Source: Dendrobates tinctorius (lineage: Eukaryota). Taken from it: a DNA stretch of 64,000 nt. The notes under the pieces were generated by a model that saw nothing but the letters and a program-made list of their open reading frames with translations, did not search any database and had not been told where the DNA came from. The position numbers and the translations under genes are program-made. The stretch spans positions 7,688,001 to 7,752,000 of the forward strand of contig NW_027361838.1 of the NCBI RefSeq assembly GCF_039654945.1. The letters run 5' to 3'. Positions within the stretch are counted from its first letter, which is position 1. Each line of letters begins with the position of its first letter. This document shows, one piece after another, positions 50,694-62,326 of the stretch.

Positions 50694-51811
50694 TAGTTCT
50701 AGTAAAGGAAAATCTTCATATGTCAGCAGACCAAGACATTTTGAACAATTATTGCTTCCATCTATGTGGTAACAGTTTGGGGAAGTTCCTCTTATGTTCC
50801 AGCATGACTGTGTAAAGTCCAAGAAGTCATGATTGGGGTAGTTTGGTGTGGAAGAACATGACCAGTCACACAGATCCCTTACCTCAACACAATCCAACAA
50901 CTTTAGGATGAACTAGAAAAGAGACTGTGAGCATGGCCCTCTCATCCAACATCAGTGTCTGATCTGACAAATCCTGTTCTAGATGAATGGTTAAAAATCC
51001 CCACAGAGAAACATGAAAATCTGATAGAAAGTCTTCAAAGAACAGTGGATGCTGCTGTAGCTGCAAGCGAGGAACCAACTTTGTATTAATGCTTATAGAG
51101 TTAATGCTCCTGTAGGTGTAATGTGAAGGTGTCCCTATACTTTTGCCCATATAGTACAGCCTAGACTACACACAGTAGTTTTATGGGATGATTTTTGGTT
51201 AAACTTGCACCCTGAAAAATGCCATAAAAGGTTGTAGAAAATTTGAGAATTATATACCTTTTAATCTCTTCAGTGCTGAAATTCTTGAGGTTTCCGGATT
51301 TTTACCATTGTCCTTCCATATGGCATCAGTTTTACTGTTCAATGGCATTCAAATACTATGAGATTTTTAACCCAGTGCCAAAGACTGTTAAAAGGAAATT
51401 TTCCATTTTAAGCAGCGATGACCTACTTCTAGGACATCTTATCACTTTATGGTGCTGCAGAAGTCTGATCTCTTGAACCCCCAAGAATGTGAGAATGAAG
51501 GGGATGCACCATTGTAAGGTTTTACTGTACTGTTCCCTACCACTTGGCTGTGCTGGGAACTGCAGCTTCCACCTTTTCCCCAGTGCCCTGCATAGCAGAT
51601 GACCAAGTCACCACTGTGCATGAGACACGTGCTGCACCAGAAGTGTTGCCCCTTTAATCTTAGGAGAGATTGGGGTCCCAAAGGTTAGATTCCTGATTTA
51701 TGATAAAATAACATTTCCTTGAGATTACTGTGAAAGTCTTAAATTTATCTACCTAAAATCCAGTGATGACCAGTGAAATTCAGTCAAATAGCTACATCTT
51801 GGTGAACACAC

Positions 51812-51911
51812 CTGTTTACTAGGCTTCCTGAGATGGAGATGTAATCAAATATGATCAAGTGTTGCACCAGTTCACAGAGTCCAACTCCTCCCGCATGTGG
51901 GCAGACCGGAA
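51812..51911 (-). CDS. ENOSF1: ENOSF1 exon
   Basis: 100 bp, (I)PVCPHAGGVGLCELVQHLIIFDYISISGSLVN(R). Confidence 0.97.
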
Positions 51912-53431
51912 CTGAATAAAAGTAGACAAGCACACTTAATACAGGTCTAGTAATGATCATCACTGATATGCTTTTATTGTAAACTTTTTTGTTTTGCTTT
52001 TTTTTTTTTTTTTTTCTTACAGTGAAGTGGGTGGCGCTACACAAGAGAGGGCATGGGTAACAGGTTTACTATTTAAGTATAAAAAAAATGGTGCATGTTT
52101 TAGCGGGAATCGATGCCAACTCTTAGTTGATAAAGATTCCCCAAATGTATCAACAAAATTACACCATGCTTGATGAGTCCCCCACCACATGCTGCCCAAA
52201 TTGCTGCTGAAAATCTGTTATTTTGATGTCACTCGATACCTATGGCCAATCAGGGCTGGCTTCATTCTCCTAATTGACATCCAGAGGAAGTGAGATCTGC
52301 AGCTTACTCAGGATGTCTTGATTTGTCCAATGTAGTGTACAGTGAAGCCAGCGCTGACTGTCCGCAATGATCGTCATGCAATCCTTTGGAAAGGCGCCGG
52401 CACCAGAGGTGGGTAGAAGTGTTATTATTTGACGGGGTGAAATGTAGGGTTTCAGAGGGGTTGTTTAAGTGGTGGATCTGATTGGTTATCGCTGGGATTA
52501 TTTTGAAAGCATATTCTTTTAACCTGTTTTAGGAAATCTTGTGCACACTGGACAATGTCTGCAGTCACCTTCACTGTCGAGAGTCCTTCTTAACTTTCAG
52601 CGAACTCAACCCTTCAGGAAGTTGAACACACTTTTTCCAATTCATCTTTTTTAATGTTTGTAATATTAGAGACTTGGGCGCCAACTGACCAAAACAATTT
52701 TGTCAGAACTCTGACATCAATTGCTTTAAAAAGTCACAAAATATTGACATAACTTGGAGTTGCAATAATTTTGTAACTTTTTGACATCTTCACACCAGTT
52801 TCTCCCACCTCTGCCAAAATGGGCACAACTGGAGCGCGTGACACCATAGCTCTTATAATTCATGGCAAGCTTTGGCGTTCCTTTGCCAGTTACGGACTTG
52901 AGTAAGATATATACGGGGTACACAGATGGTCCTAATTTATGAAACACAGGCAGAAAATTGCCAGTCTTGATGCCTTCTAAACAGAGGGCTTGGATTTTGC
53001 TAAAAGATTGCTTGAATTGGCATCGAAATCCTTAACCCATCCCCGAGTATTGTTTTAAACATTCCATTTATCTGCCGCTGAAACACTATTGTGAAAAATA
53101 TGGATATTTTGGAAAAGGAAGCAAATTATAATTTCCAGACATATCACATTTCATTGTGACATACAATATGTGGCTATGCTATTGGAAATTATTTTTATAG
53201 GGCAATCTGGTCATTTAGTTGTGTAACTAATGGTATACTGAAAATTCCCATGTTTGGTATCTGATAAGACAATGAATTGTTAACCTGTTTGTGTGCTGCC
53301 TATGGACTCCAGAAAAGGAACATTTTAGTTAAGACATTATTCACATTCTTGATTAATCCATTAACAGGTGGTACTAATATGTTGCATGTTTATGTATGTA
53401 GTGTGGTTGTATGTATGCAGTGTGTAGTTAT

Positions 53432-53694
53432 TTATTTTACTCATCTATATAGCGCCATTAATTCCACAGCGTTTTACAGACATTATTGGCACTGTCCCCA
53501 ATAGGGAATTTAGATTGTGAGCCCCTTCAGTATGTCTTTGGAATGTGGGAGGAAACCCGAGTACCCGGAGGAAACCCACACAAACACAGGGAGAACATAC
53601 AAACTCCTTGCAGATGTTGTCCTTGGTGGGATTTGGACCCAGGACCCCAGTGCTGCAAGGCTGCAGTGCTAACTACTGAGCCACCATGCTGCCC
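53432..53694 (-). mobile_element. tRNA-derived V-SINE with L2-like tail
   Basis: On -: A box TGGCTCAGTAG, B-box-like GGTCCAAATCC, and V-domain gggtttcctccgggtactcgggtttcctcccaca. The tail resembles the L2 end at 32330. Confidence 0.8.
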
Positions 53695-54410
53695 TGTATG
53701 TATGTAGCATTTATGTTGTATGTATGTAGTGTTTGCTATATGTATGTTGTATGCATGTAGTGTCTGTTATATGGATGTAGTATGTATGTTGTATGTATGT
53801 AGTGTGTATGTTATATGCACACATTATGTATGTAGTATGCATGCTGTATGTATGTAGTGTATATGTTATATGTATGTAGTACCGTATGTATGTTATATGA
53901 ATGTAGTATGTATGCCATAATTCATGATAACAGGCGAGCTGAACTGTTATACAGCTCATATAGCTTAGGTTTCTTCAGAGCCTCGAATTTGAAGAATGAT
54001 CTGTACACAGGCTTTACCATGAGTTGTCACAGTTTTGTCAGGTGGATTTTTTTTTTCCAGATGAAACATAATAAAAATGTTCACCTGTAAGAAATGGAAA
54101 AACAACTTCACATAGCAAAAAGGCCAGCAACTTTTCATGCAGTTTTGATGCATTTTTAACTGTACCCCAACCTTGTACCTAGCTCTGTGTGTGTGAAGGG
54201 TGAAATAATAAATTGTAACATTAATCAGCATGGCTGTGGAACTTTTTAAATTAACTAACAAAAGAATAGTATAGGTCCAGCATTATTCTTCAACAGCGAG
54301 GCGTGCGAATATATTGGAAAAGTCTTCATATCAGAGCTGAACATTCAGCACTATGATGCCCTGTGGCAGTTGTGTTTCCTCTGCTGCTTCTCGATTATAA
54401 TTAGTCTTAC

Positions 54411-54540
54411 TATTGAATTTCTTGGCCATGAGCAGAACAGACAGGTTTTCATTCACACTCCCCAATCTGCAGCTGTCGATCTGGAGATACTGGAGGGCGT
54501 GGGCTTGTAGGAACTGTTTAAACATGACTCTGTTGTGGCA
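54411..54540 (-). CDS. ENOSF1: ENOSF1 exon (most 5' exon found in the window)
   Basis: 130 bp, [43 protein letters not shown]. Splice phases 0/1, 1/2, 2/0 chain correctly to the stop. Confidence 0.97.
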
Positions 54541-54599
54541 CTGGGCAAACAAAAAAGCAGAGATTTAGTATTTCCAGATGATATAGCAAAAAAACATTG

Positions 54600-56226
54600 A
54601 GGTCCGTTCACATTCTGCAGGGTATTTGCTGCAGATTTTGTTGTAGAAAGTTCTGCAACTATGTTTTTCATCTGAAACGGCTCCATTCAGATGAATAGAA
54701 GCTGACTTTCAGATGCAGAAATTTCTGCAACAAAATGTTTAATGTGAGAATTCAGTCTAAGGCCAAGGTCACACTTGCGAGAAACTCGCACGAGTCTCGT
54801 GTCTCAATACCCAGCACTGCCACCGCCACTCGGACCAGAGTGTACGGCTGCATGTATTTCTATGTAGCTGAGCGCTCCGGTCCGAGTGCCAGGTATTGAG
54901 ACGCGAGACTTGTGCGAGTTTCTCGCAAGTGTAACCCCGGCCTAAGGGCTCGCTCCCACAAGCGAATAAATCAGACAAGTGCAATCCGATAAGAAATCGG
55001 ATAGCACCTCAACCAGTGTTATTCTATGGGGCAACGCACATCTGCTATTATTGTCTCATGCTGATTCGGCATAAGAAAACATGCCGAATGCTGCCGGTAG
55101 GCAGCTGTGAGTATTAGATTGCATGCACCCATACAAGTTTATGGGTGCGCGTGAAACATCGCACTGCACTCACCCGATAGTGTGATTCCCGCGGACGCTG
55201 GCAATGTAGGAGATGGAGCAATTAATTTCTCAATCTCCTCCGCAGCTGTGCTGCCATTGTCTCATGCGAGGGGATTGAAGCACACAGCACTGACACTCTA
55301 ATCACGTAGAAGAAGATGAGCCAGGACAGAGTCAGCGGTTCCCGGTACACTTTGGGGCTGGAACTATTGGGACTGTCATCACTGTTGCCGGGGGACGATT
55401 CTTCTGAGTGGGGAGGACCTTTGCACTGGACAACAGGGGGCGTGGGGGAGAGAAAAAGGGCTGAGCGCAGGAACGATGGAGATTTGGCGGGAAGGCGACA
55501 GGAGAACAAGGAGAAGGTTGACTCCCTCTCCACTTCTCCGACTGCTAACTCCTTATCATCTATCCCCCAGCGGTATGACTTGCCCACTGACTGTGTCCTT
55601 ACTGAGCTGTCCCCGGACCTTCCTTTACTGGACGCTTGAAGCAGAGCAGGAGCTGAGTGTCATTGGCATCCGATGCTATACGTATGTTGTGTGACTCTGG
55701 CCTAAGGCTATGTTTACCCCGATGAGCTTTTGGTGGGTTATCGAAGCTGCAGAATTTCTGCACATATTATTTAAACTGGGTTTCTTCCATTTTTTTAACA
55801 TGAGATTTTATAGCTTTTTTTGTCTCTTGTTGGTATAGTCATGCGTTAAATAAAGTTGCTTTGCTTTTGATACCTCCTGGTATTTGGCTTCTACAGAACC
55901 TTATTGATATACTTAGGTTTGGATTAAACATGTTTTTGATACGTTTCCTATGCGAAAATGCACTAAAAATGCATGTGCGTTTTTTACCTGCGGATTTCCT
56001 CATAAAATGAAAGTCTATGGGAGAGAATTGGCATGCGGCAGAAATAAAACACGCATCGCAGGTCAGTTTACCATGCGTAAAAAGAAAGAAAAAGAAAAAA
56101 AAACCAGTGGGCAGGAGATTTCTATAAATCCCACCCAATTTGCTGGAAATGTAAGATGCTGTGTTTTGACAAAAACAAACATGCAGTGTCAAAAATGCAC
56201 CAAAACCTCATCATGGGAACTTAGCC
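54600..56226. mobile_element. Chain of abutting Harbinger-type MITEs
   Basis: GG...CC-ended palindromic units separated by TAA at about 54758, 54943 and 55703. The clearest unit is 54761-54942. Confidence 0.65.
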
Positions 56227-57144
56227 TTAACAAACAAGTGCTATGTGTGATAGTCTATGGGGCTGTTCACATGTCAGTGATTTTTTTTTTGCGGACTGAG
56301 TAGTCCATGCAAAATTGCAGAGGAATGTTTGAAATTGATCTGAGTGCAAGAAAGTCTATGAGACCATAAAAAAAAAAAAAATCACACTGCACTCCGATGC
56401 CGAAGGCTTCATTCAGACATCAGGTTTTATTGTTTTACATACAAGAAAAACGGACAGAGTTTAATCAGTGATTTTCATCAGAGTTTCATCAGTTTTTTTC
56501 ATGAATGAGAAAAAGAAAAGTTTCTCCACCTTCTCCTATCTATCAGTCAAGGGGAAAAAGAGACCGCACATAGATGGCATCCGAGTGGAGCCCAATTTTT
56601 TCACTGACCCATAGACTTTCATTACTGTGTTTAATCTGACACTCAGATCAATATCGGATATGTTGCTGAAATTTTTCGCGGACCACTCTGTTTGCAAAAA
56701 ATCCCAAACATGTGACAGACCCCATAGACTGTCACAGGTAACAGTGCTATCCATGAAAAAAATTGATTGTATTTGTATGTGAAAAACTCACATGCGATCC
56801 CTAAGACTTCAACATATATGAGCCAAATTTTAAATCTTTTAGAAAACATAACCCAGCTCAATATCTGTGGCCTTATAATGCTCATCTTATACTAACAACA
56901 ACATATTCTAAAGCACTTTACACTTAGGGCCTCATATACTATGCTTGTAATTTAAAGGAGCTGTCTCAAGTTCGCAAAGAGAACATTTTCCGAGGTGACA
57001 GATTATTTACCTTCAAATATAGGGTTAATTTGTGAGTAAATAGTGTTACAATGCTGTCTAGCTGCCTTACTAAAAGGCTACCAGGAGAAAATTAACTTGT
57101 TTTTTCTCAGGAGCACTGTCATGTGGGAATGCATAGAGTGGCTA

Positions 57145-58213
57145 TGTGGCACCCCAGGAGTCCGGTTGCCACAGTGGCATTGCCTCCCTCAGAGGGGAGT
57201 GATGTCATGCTTGGAAGCAAGGAGGGTTCCCCTTGCCAGGTAACACCAGCATCCAACACTTTTCCTGACTTCAGACCAGAAGGGGGAGCTCTAACACCTG
57301 GTTTCAGGAGAGCTTCCCTATAAGTTCTGGCCTGGAAGCGGGGTTAGGCAGTCAGTGGTGGGGACTGGAAGAGTGAGGAGCTTGTCCCCAGACAGGAGTT
57401 GCAGTCTGAGTCAGAGAAGAGTTATAGAGGAAGAGAGAAGTCTAGGAAAATCTGGGGAGTGGAGCTGTGACCAAGCTCACCCCAGAACAGAGCGCTAGAA
57501 CCGGGCGCCGGAGTCCATGGCTGCACGGGTACAACAGTCCCAGCAGCTAAATCCGGAGGGCAGGGATCTGCAGGTCCCCTGGCCCTTCATACACTCGGGG
57601 CACAGCAGCAAATCAGAGCCCGGAGCTGCCACAAAGGAGCAACACCTGCAATAGGCTCAAGCTGCCTGCCATACGGGCAAGTACAGGAACCATAAGGAAC
57701 AGAGGCTTGAGCATAGCTTTAAGCAGCAAGGATCTCAGAACAGGGCAGCAAGGAGGCCTCCAACCCCATCTGGCTTCAGGGACCCTAGATTGCTTCCAGG
57801 CTGTCCGGAACTCCATTTACATCTGTTAGCAGTGCTCCGGTCTGCATTCCAAACCATCAAGCAAAAGGTAAAGGAAATTACAGTTCATGTGTCTGCAGTT
57901 ATTCATTATTCCCTCAGTCCTGCACCCCAACGTCACTATCCCTTATAAGAACTATTACTGCCCTGGGGCCTAGCTCTACCCGTGGAGAGCTGCAATAATA
58001 CTGCTGCATCACCAACGGCCCCGTCTGTCTCCTTAGGCAGAGTCGACCATCCCCTTATTGCCGAACACCACTGGTGGCGTCACAAATTAATACCCTACAA
58101 ACTTTCCTCCTCAATAATTTTAATGGAAGCCCAGGGCCGCGTCATTACAGCCGCAACATTCCCTGAAGGACCGGTCCGGGACCGAGTACCCCACGGCCCT
58201 GTGGGGTGCTCTA
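57145..58213 (+). mobile_element. Probable solo LTR (Gypsy-type)
   Basis: Starts TGTGGCACCCC, near-TSD gcta/gcaa, TATAA-like motif at 57318. Related to 9412-10757 and to the fragment at 60186-60287. Confidence 0.65.
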
Positions 58214-58433
58214 GCAACAGTTACGGTTATCAGCACTGCTCATTATAGTATGAGTGGCGGATATAAGTACACCCCGGCAGCCTGATTAACAGCTCGCTGT
58301 GCACAGATGCTCTGCAGAACCAGCTGTCAATCATAGTCCTGGGACCTGCTTACAGCGTTGCTCAAAGTGTAGTGACTGAAATGACTGAAAGCCGGCAAGT
58401 AGGAGATAGGTTAGTTTTCTCCTGGTAGCCTAA

Positions 58434-58815
58434 AGGTACTGTCACACTTAGCGATGCACCAGCGATCCCGACCAGCGATATGACGCGGTCAGGATCGCTG
58501 GTGCATCGCTAAGTGGTCGCTAGTGAGCTGCCACACAGGCAGATCTCACCAGCGACATAGCAGGGGTCGGGGGGTCGCTACTTACCTGTCAGACGAGGTG
58601 ATCCTGACATCCACGCGTCGCTTGTCTCCACAGCAGGAAGCCGACGACGAGAAACGGCCCAGGACGTTCTCGCGCGATCAGCGATAACCAGCGGGGGAGC
58701 GGTCGGAGGTAAGTATCACACATAGCGATATCGCTAGCAATATCGCTAGAACGTCACAAAAACCAGTGACGTTATAGCGATATTGCTAGCGATATCGCTT
58801 AGTGTGACAGGCCCA
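58434..58815. mobile_element. Harbinger-type MITE (full copy; partial copies at about 7203, 36356 and 36875)
   Basis: TAA TSD; TIR ...ctgtcacactt/aagcgat; internal inverted repeats. Confidence 0.8.
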
Positions 58816-60288
58816 TAATATTCAGGAAGGTGGCCCGAGAGCATTGTAATTGTTATTTACCTATAGATTAACACTATATCTGAAGGTATACAGCATTTTC
58901 TTACTGTAGATGGCAGGTTCCCTTTAAATGGTTAAAATTCCAAAGTACTTTTAAAAACAAACAAGTAAGCAATTTACTTATTATTTAAAATCCTTAAAAG
59001 ATCTCAAGAACAGAGGGATTTTTTATTCTATTTTGTACAGCTCGTTGCTAGAGTTGAGCGACTTTTGGTTTTTTAGGGTCGCGTTTCGTTTCGTGAAACC
59101 CGACTTTTCCAAAAGTCGGGTCGAGCAAGATCGTCCGATTATAGGGAAAAGTCGGGGTCGTCCCGAAACACGAAACCCAATGTAAGTCAATGGGGAATAA
59201 AAGTCGGCAGTGAGAGGAGGACAGGAAACACACCTACAGTGCCCATTTGAATGCCAAAAGCATCAATTCTTCTTACTTAAGCTTGTCAACCTTAATTAAC
59301 TTCATAATACAAGTTACGCACTGAAAAATGGGGGTTATTTGGCTAAAGTTGTGGGGGGGGGGGCTGGCTGCAGGTTTTCATGTGCCCTGGGCGAAAGAGC
59401 GCCCCTTTAACACATACCACAACTCATCATGCTCCGATGCGGCAGAGAAATAGCGGTATAGTACAATGAAAAATACCTCACTTTTTACATCTCATGACGA
59501 GGCCCATCTATTTCTCCATACAGAATCATTGGTCCCATATAATGTTTGAAACAGTATATGATGAGCTCCACATAATGCTACAGTATATGTTGGTCCCCAT
59601 GGATGAAGCTCCACTGTCTTATGGGCCCAAATAATGCTCCAAACATAATGGGCCCCATTTCTAATGCTCTAGTGTATAATGGGCCCTGTAAATGCTGCTC
59701 CAGTGTCTGATGTCCACCTTTGGAATGTTCCAGTGTATGGTGGGCCCCATCTATCATTCTCCAGAGTATAGTGCTCCCCAAAAATTGCTGTCACAACATT
59801 GAAAACAATCAAATAAGTCTCCTCGCTAGGGAATCCCTGTACTTGTCTGGACTCCTCGTCGTCCCCATCTTCCATCTCACTGCACAGTATTTCAACTTTG
59901 CAAGTGCTGTGATCCTGGGCAAGCAGGGGGGGCCCACTCGTTGGCGACGGCACTGGCACAGGGCCCCTGATAGTACGGTGGTGTGTCTGATGGCGGGTGG
60001 GCCGAACCTGCCCTTTCATCTGCAGCTTCCTCTTTGTCACCGTGTAAGATGGAACTGTATATGGGAAGGGTAACCTGAGTTTCATCAGGGTCAGATTCAG
60101 GCCAGGTAGCGTGCGAGGGGAATGTAGTGGTCTGGGTCAATGTACCAGCAGATTCATCGAGCAGTGGCTGGGCATCAGTGCACTTGTGTCGCCCCCAGGA
60201 GTACGGTCGCCACAGTGGCATTACCTTCTTCCTAGGGAGTGTGATGTCATGCTTGGGAGCAACGAAGGATCTCTCTAGCAGGTTAACT

Positions 60289-60790
60289 GATTGGGCGGCG
60301 TTATTCCCACGAGTCATGACCCTCCAAACAGCGTTCATGAAGGCAAAGTGTTTGTTTTACGTGGGCAGTATGGTTGCAAAGCTGAACCTTAAAGGAATGT
60401 CCAGAAGGGCACCACCAGGAGTGGAGCCTACGTTTAAATTCGACTCCACCTGGGAAACCTCAACCATGCCAGCTACAGAACAGATGCACACATTGCAAGC
60501 TTAATTCCGTTAACGAACGAGACTCCGTCATGCCCCGCGGTCCGAGTCCGGCTTACTAGAGGGACACGTGAGGCTCTGACACATGAGATTGGCCAATAAC
60601 TGGTGTGTCATGCCCTTACATGTCCGTGGCTGCATGTGCGCTACACTGAAAAGGCCAGCGTTTGTCGCTTACAGGTGCAGATAACCCGCTGAACAACGTT
60701 AGTGATGGGGATCACTGATTACAATTATTACCCGCGAACAATGATTTCCCAGTAAGTGCAGGTCAACCGCAGTTCCGGAATTAGGCCTAA
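60289..60790 (+). pseudogene. Diverged 18S rRNA gene fragment (3' half) with an internal deletion
   Basis: Colinear 18S signatures: gtatggttgcaaagctgaa, gaagggcaccaccaggagtggagcct, ttaattccg.taacgaacgagact, agagggaca, atgcccttacatgtcc, gcgctacactga, gtgatggggatc, cccagtaagtgc.ggtca. Confidence 0.9.
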
Positions 60791-60874
60791 CCGTCATTCC
60801 TGAAAAAATGAAAAACTTACGTGTGCAAACCACAGGTGCTGTAGCTTGCTTAACAGCTCGCCAGCCATTCTCAC

Positions 60875-62010
60875 GCCCAGTATGGATTACACGTGATTGC
60901 ACAAAGGTGAGAAAGGGTACCGTATCCCCGGATAACATGTATGGATAGCGTACACATTCAAAATATATGTCTCAGGAGGCAGGCTCAGATGGTGTTAGGC
61001 CCAGTATGGATTGCACGTGATTGCACAAAGGTTAGAAAGGGTACCGTATCCCCGGATAACATGTATGGATAGCGTACACATTGAAAATATATGTCTCAGG
61101 AGGCAGGCTCAGACGGTGTTAGGCCCAGTATGGATTGCACGTGATTGCACAAAGGTTAGAAAGGGTACCGTGTCCCCAGATAACATGTATGGATAGCGTA
61201 CACATTCAAAATATATGTCTATACATCAGGAGGCAGGCTCAGACGGTGTTAGGCCCAGTATGGATTGCACGTGATTGCACAAAGGTTAGAAAGGGTACCG
61301 TATCCCCGGATAACATGTATGGATAGCGTACACATTCAAAATATATGTCTCAGGAGGCAGGCTCAGATGGTGTTAGGCCCAGTATGGATTGCACGTGATT
61401 GCACAAAGGTTAGAAAGGGTACCGTGTCCCCAGATAACATGTATGGATAGCGTACACATTCAAAATATATGTCTATACATCAGGAGGCAGGCTCAGACGG
61501 TGTTAGGCCCAGTATGGATTGCACGTGATTGCACAAAGGTTAGAAAGGGTACCGTATCCCCGGATAACATGTATGGATAGCGTACACATTCAAAATATAT
61601 GTCTCAGGAGGCAGGCTCAGACGGTGTTAGGCCCAGTATGGATTGCACGTGATTGCACAAAGGTTAGAAAGGGTACCGTATCCCCGGATAACATGTATGG
61701 ATAGCGTACACATTGAAAATATATGTCTCAGGAGGCAGGCTCAGAAGGTGTTAGGCCCAGTATGGATTGCACGTGATTGCACAAAGGTTAGAAAGGGTAC
61801 CGTATCCCCGGATAACATGTATGGATAGCGTACACATTCAAAATATATGTCTCAGGAGGCAGGCTCAGACGGTGTTAGGCCCAGTATGGATTGCAAGTGA
61901 TTGCACAAAGGTTAGAAAGGGTACCGTATCCCCAGATAACATGTATGGATAGCGTACACATTCAAAATATATGTCTATACATCAGGAGGCAGGCTCAGAC
62001 GGTGTCAGGC
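60875..62010. repeat. Tandem array of ~9 units of 124/130 bp
   Basis: Unit offsets in the ORF track are +124, +130, +124, +130, +124, +124. The 130-bp variant carries an extra atacat. Confidence 0.95.
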
Positions 62011-62326
62011 ACAGTATGGATTTGACGGCCCAGATTACACAGCGGAGGAGTAGGGAGAGGTAAAGATTGCAAATGCTGGGGCCCTGCCCAAGCAAGGGGG
62101 GCCCACTCGTGGGCGTCGGTACTGGCACTGGGCCCCTCATAGTACAGCGGTGTGTCTGACGGCGGGTGTGCACCACCACCGTCAGAGACACTTGATTGCA
62201 CTATGAGGGACCCTGTGCCAGTGCCCGCGCCCAAGAGTCGACCTACCCACCTGTCCAGGGCAACGGCACTCGCACGGTGTCGTGCGCTAGGTGGTGACCC
62301 CGGCCATGGGGGGGGAGGCAGCACAG

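Noticed and set aside
53620-53694. tRNA gene
   Set aside because: The A and B boxes belong to the head of a SINE, continuing into the V-domain and LINE tail, and the B box is mutated.
55316-55660. GC-rich insert with a 107-aa ORF inside a MITE
   Set aside because: No recognisable homology and no splice context; its origin cannot be determined without a search.
60289-60790. Functional 18S rRNA gene or rDNA unit
   Set aside because: It is partial, carries many substitutions in conserved tracts and an internal deletion, and has no ITS, 5.8S or 28S nearby.
60875-62010. CRISPR-like array, or the seven repeated 61-63-aa ORFs
   Set aside because: The units are contiguous with no unique spacers, there are no cas genes, and the context is eukaryotic. 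The ORFs are by-products of the repeat and start at TTG.
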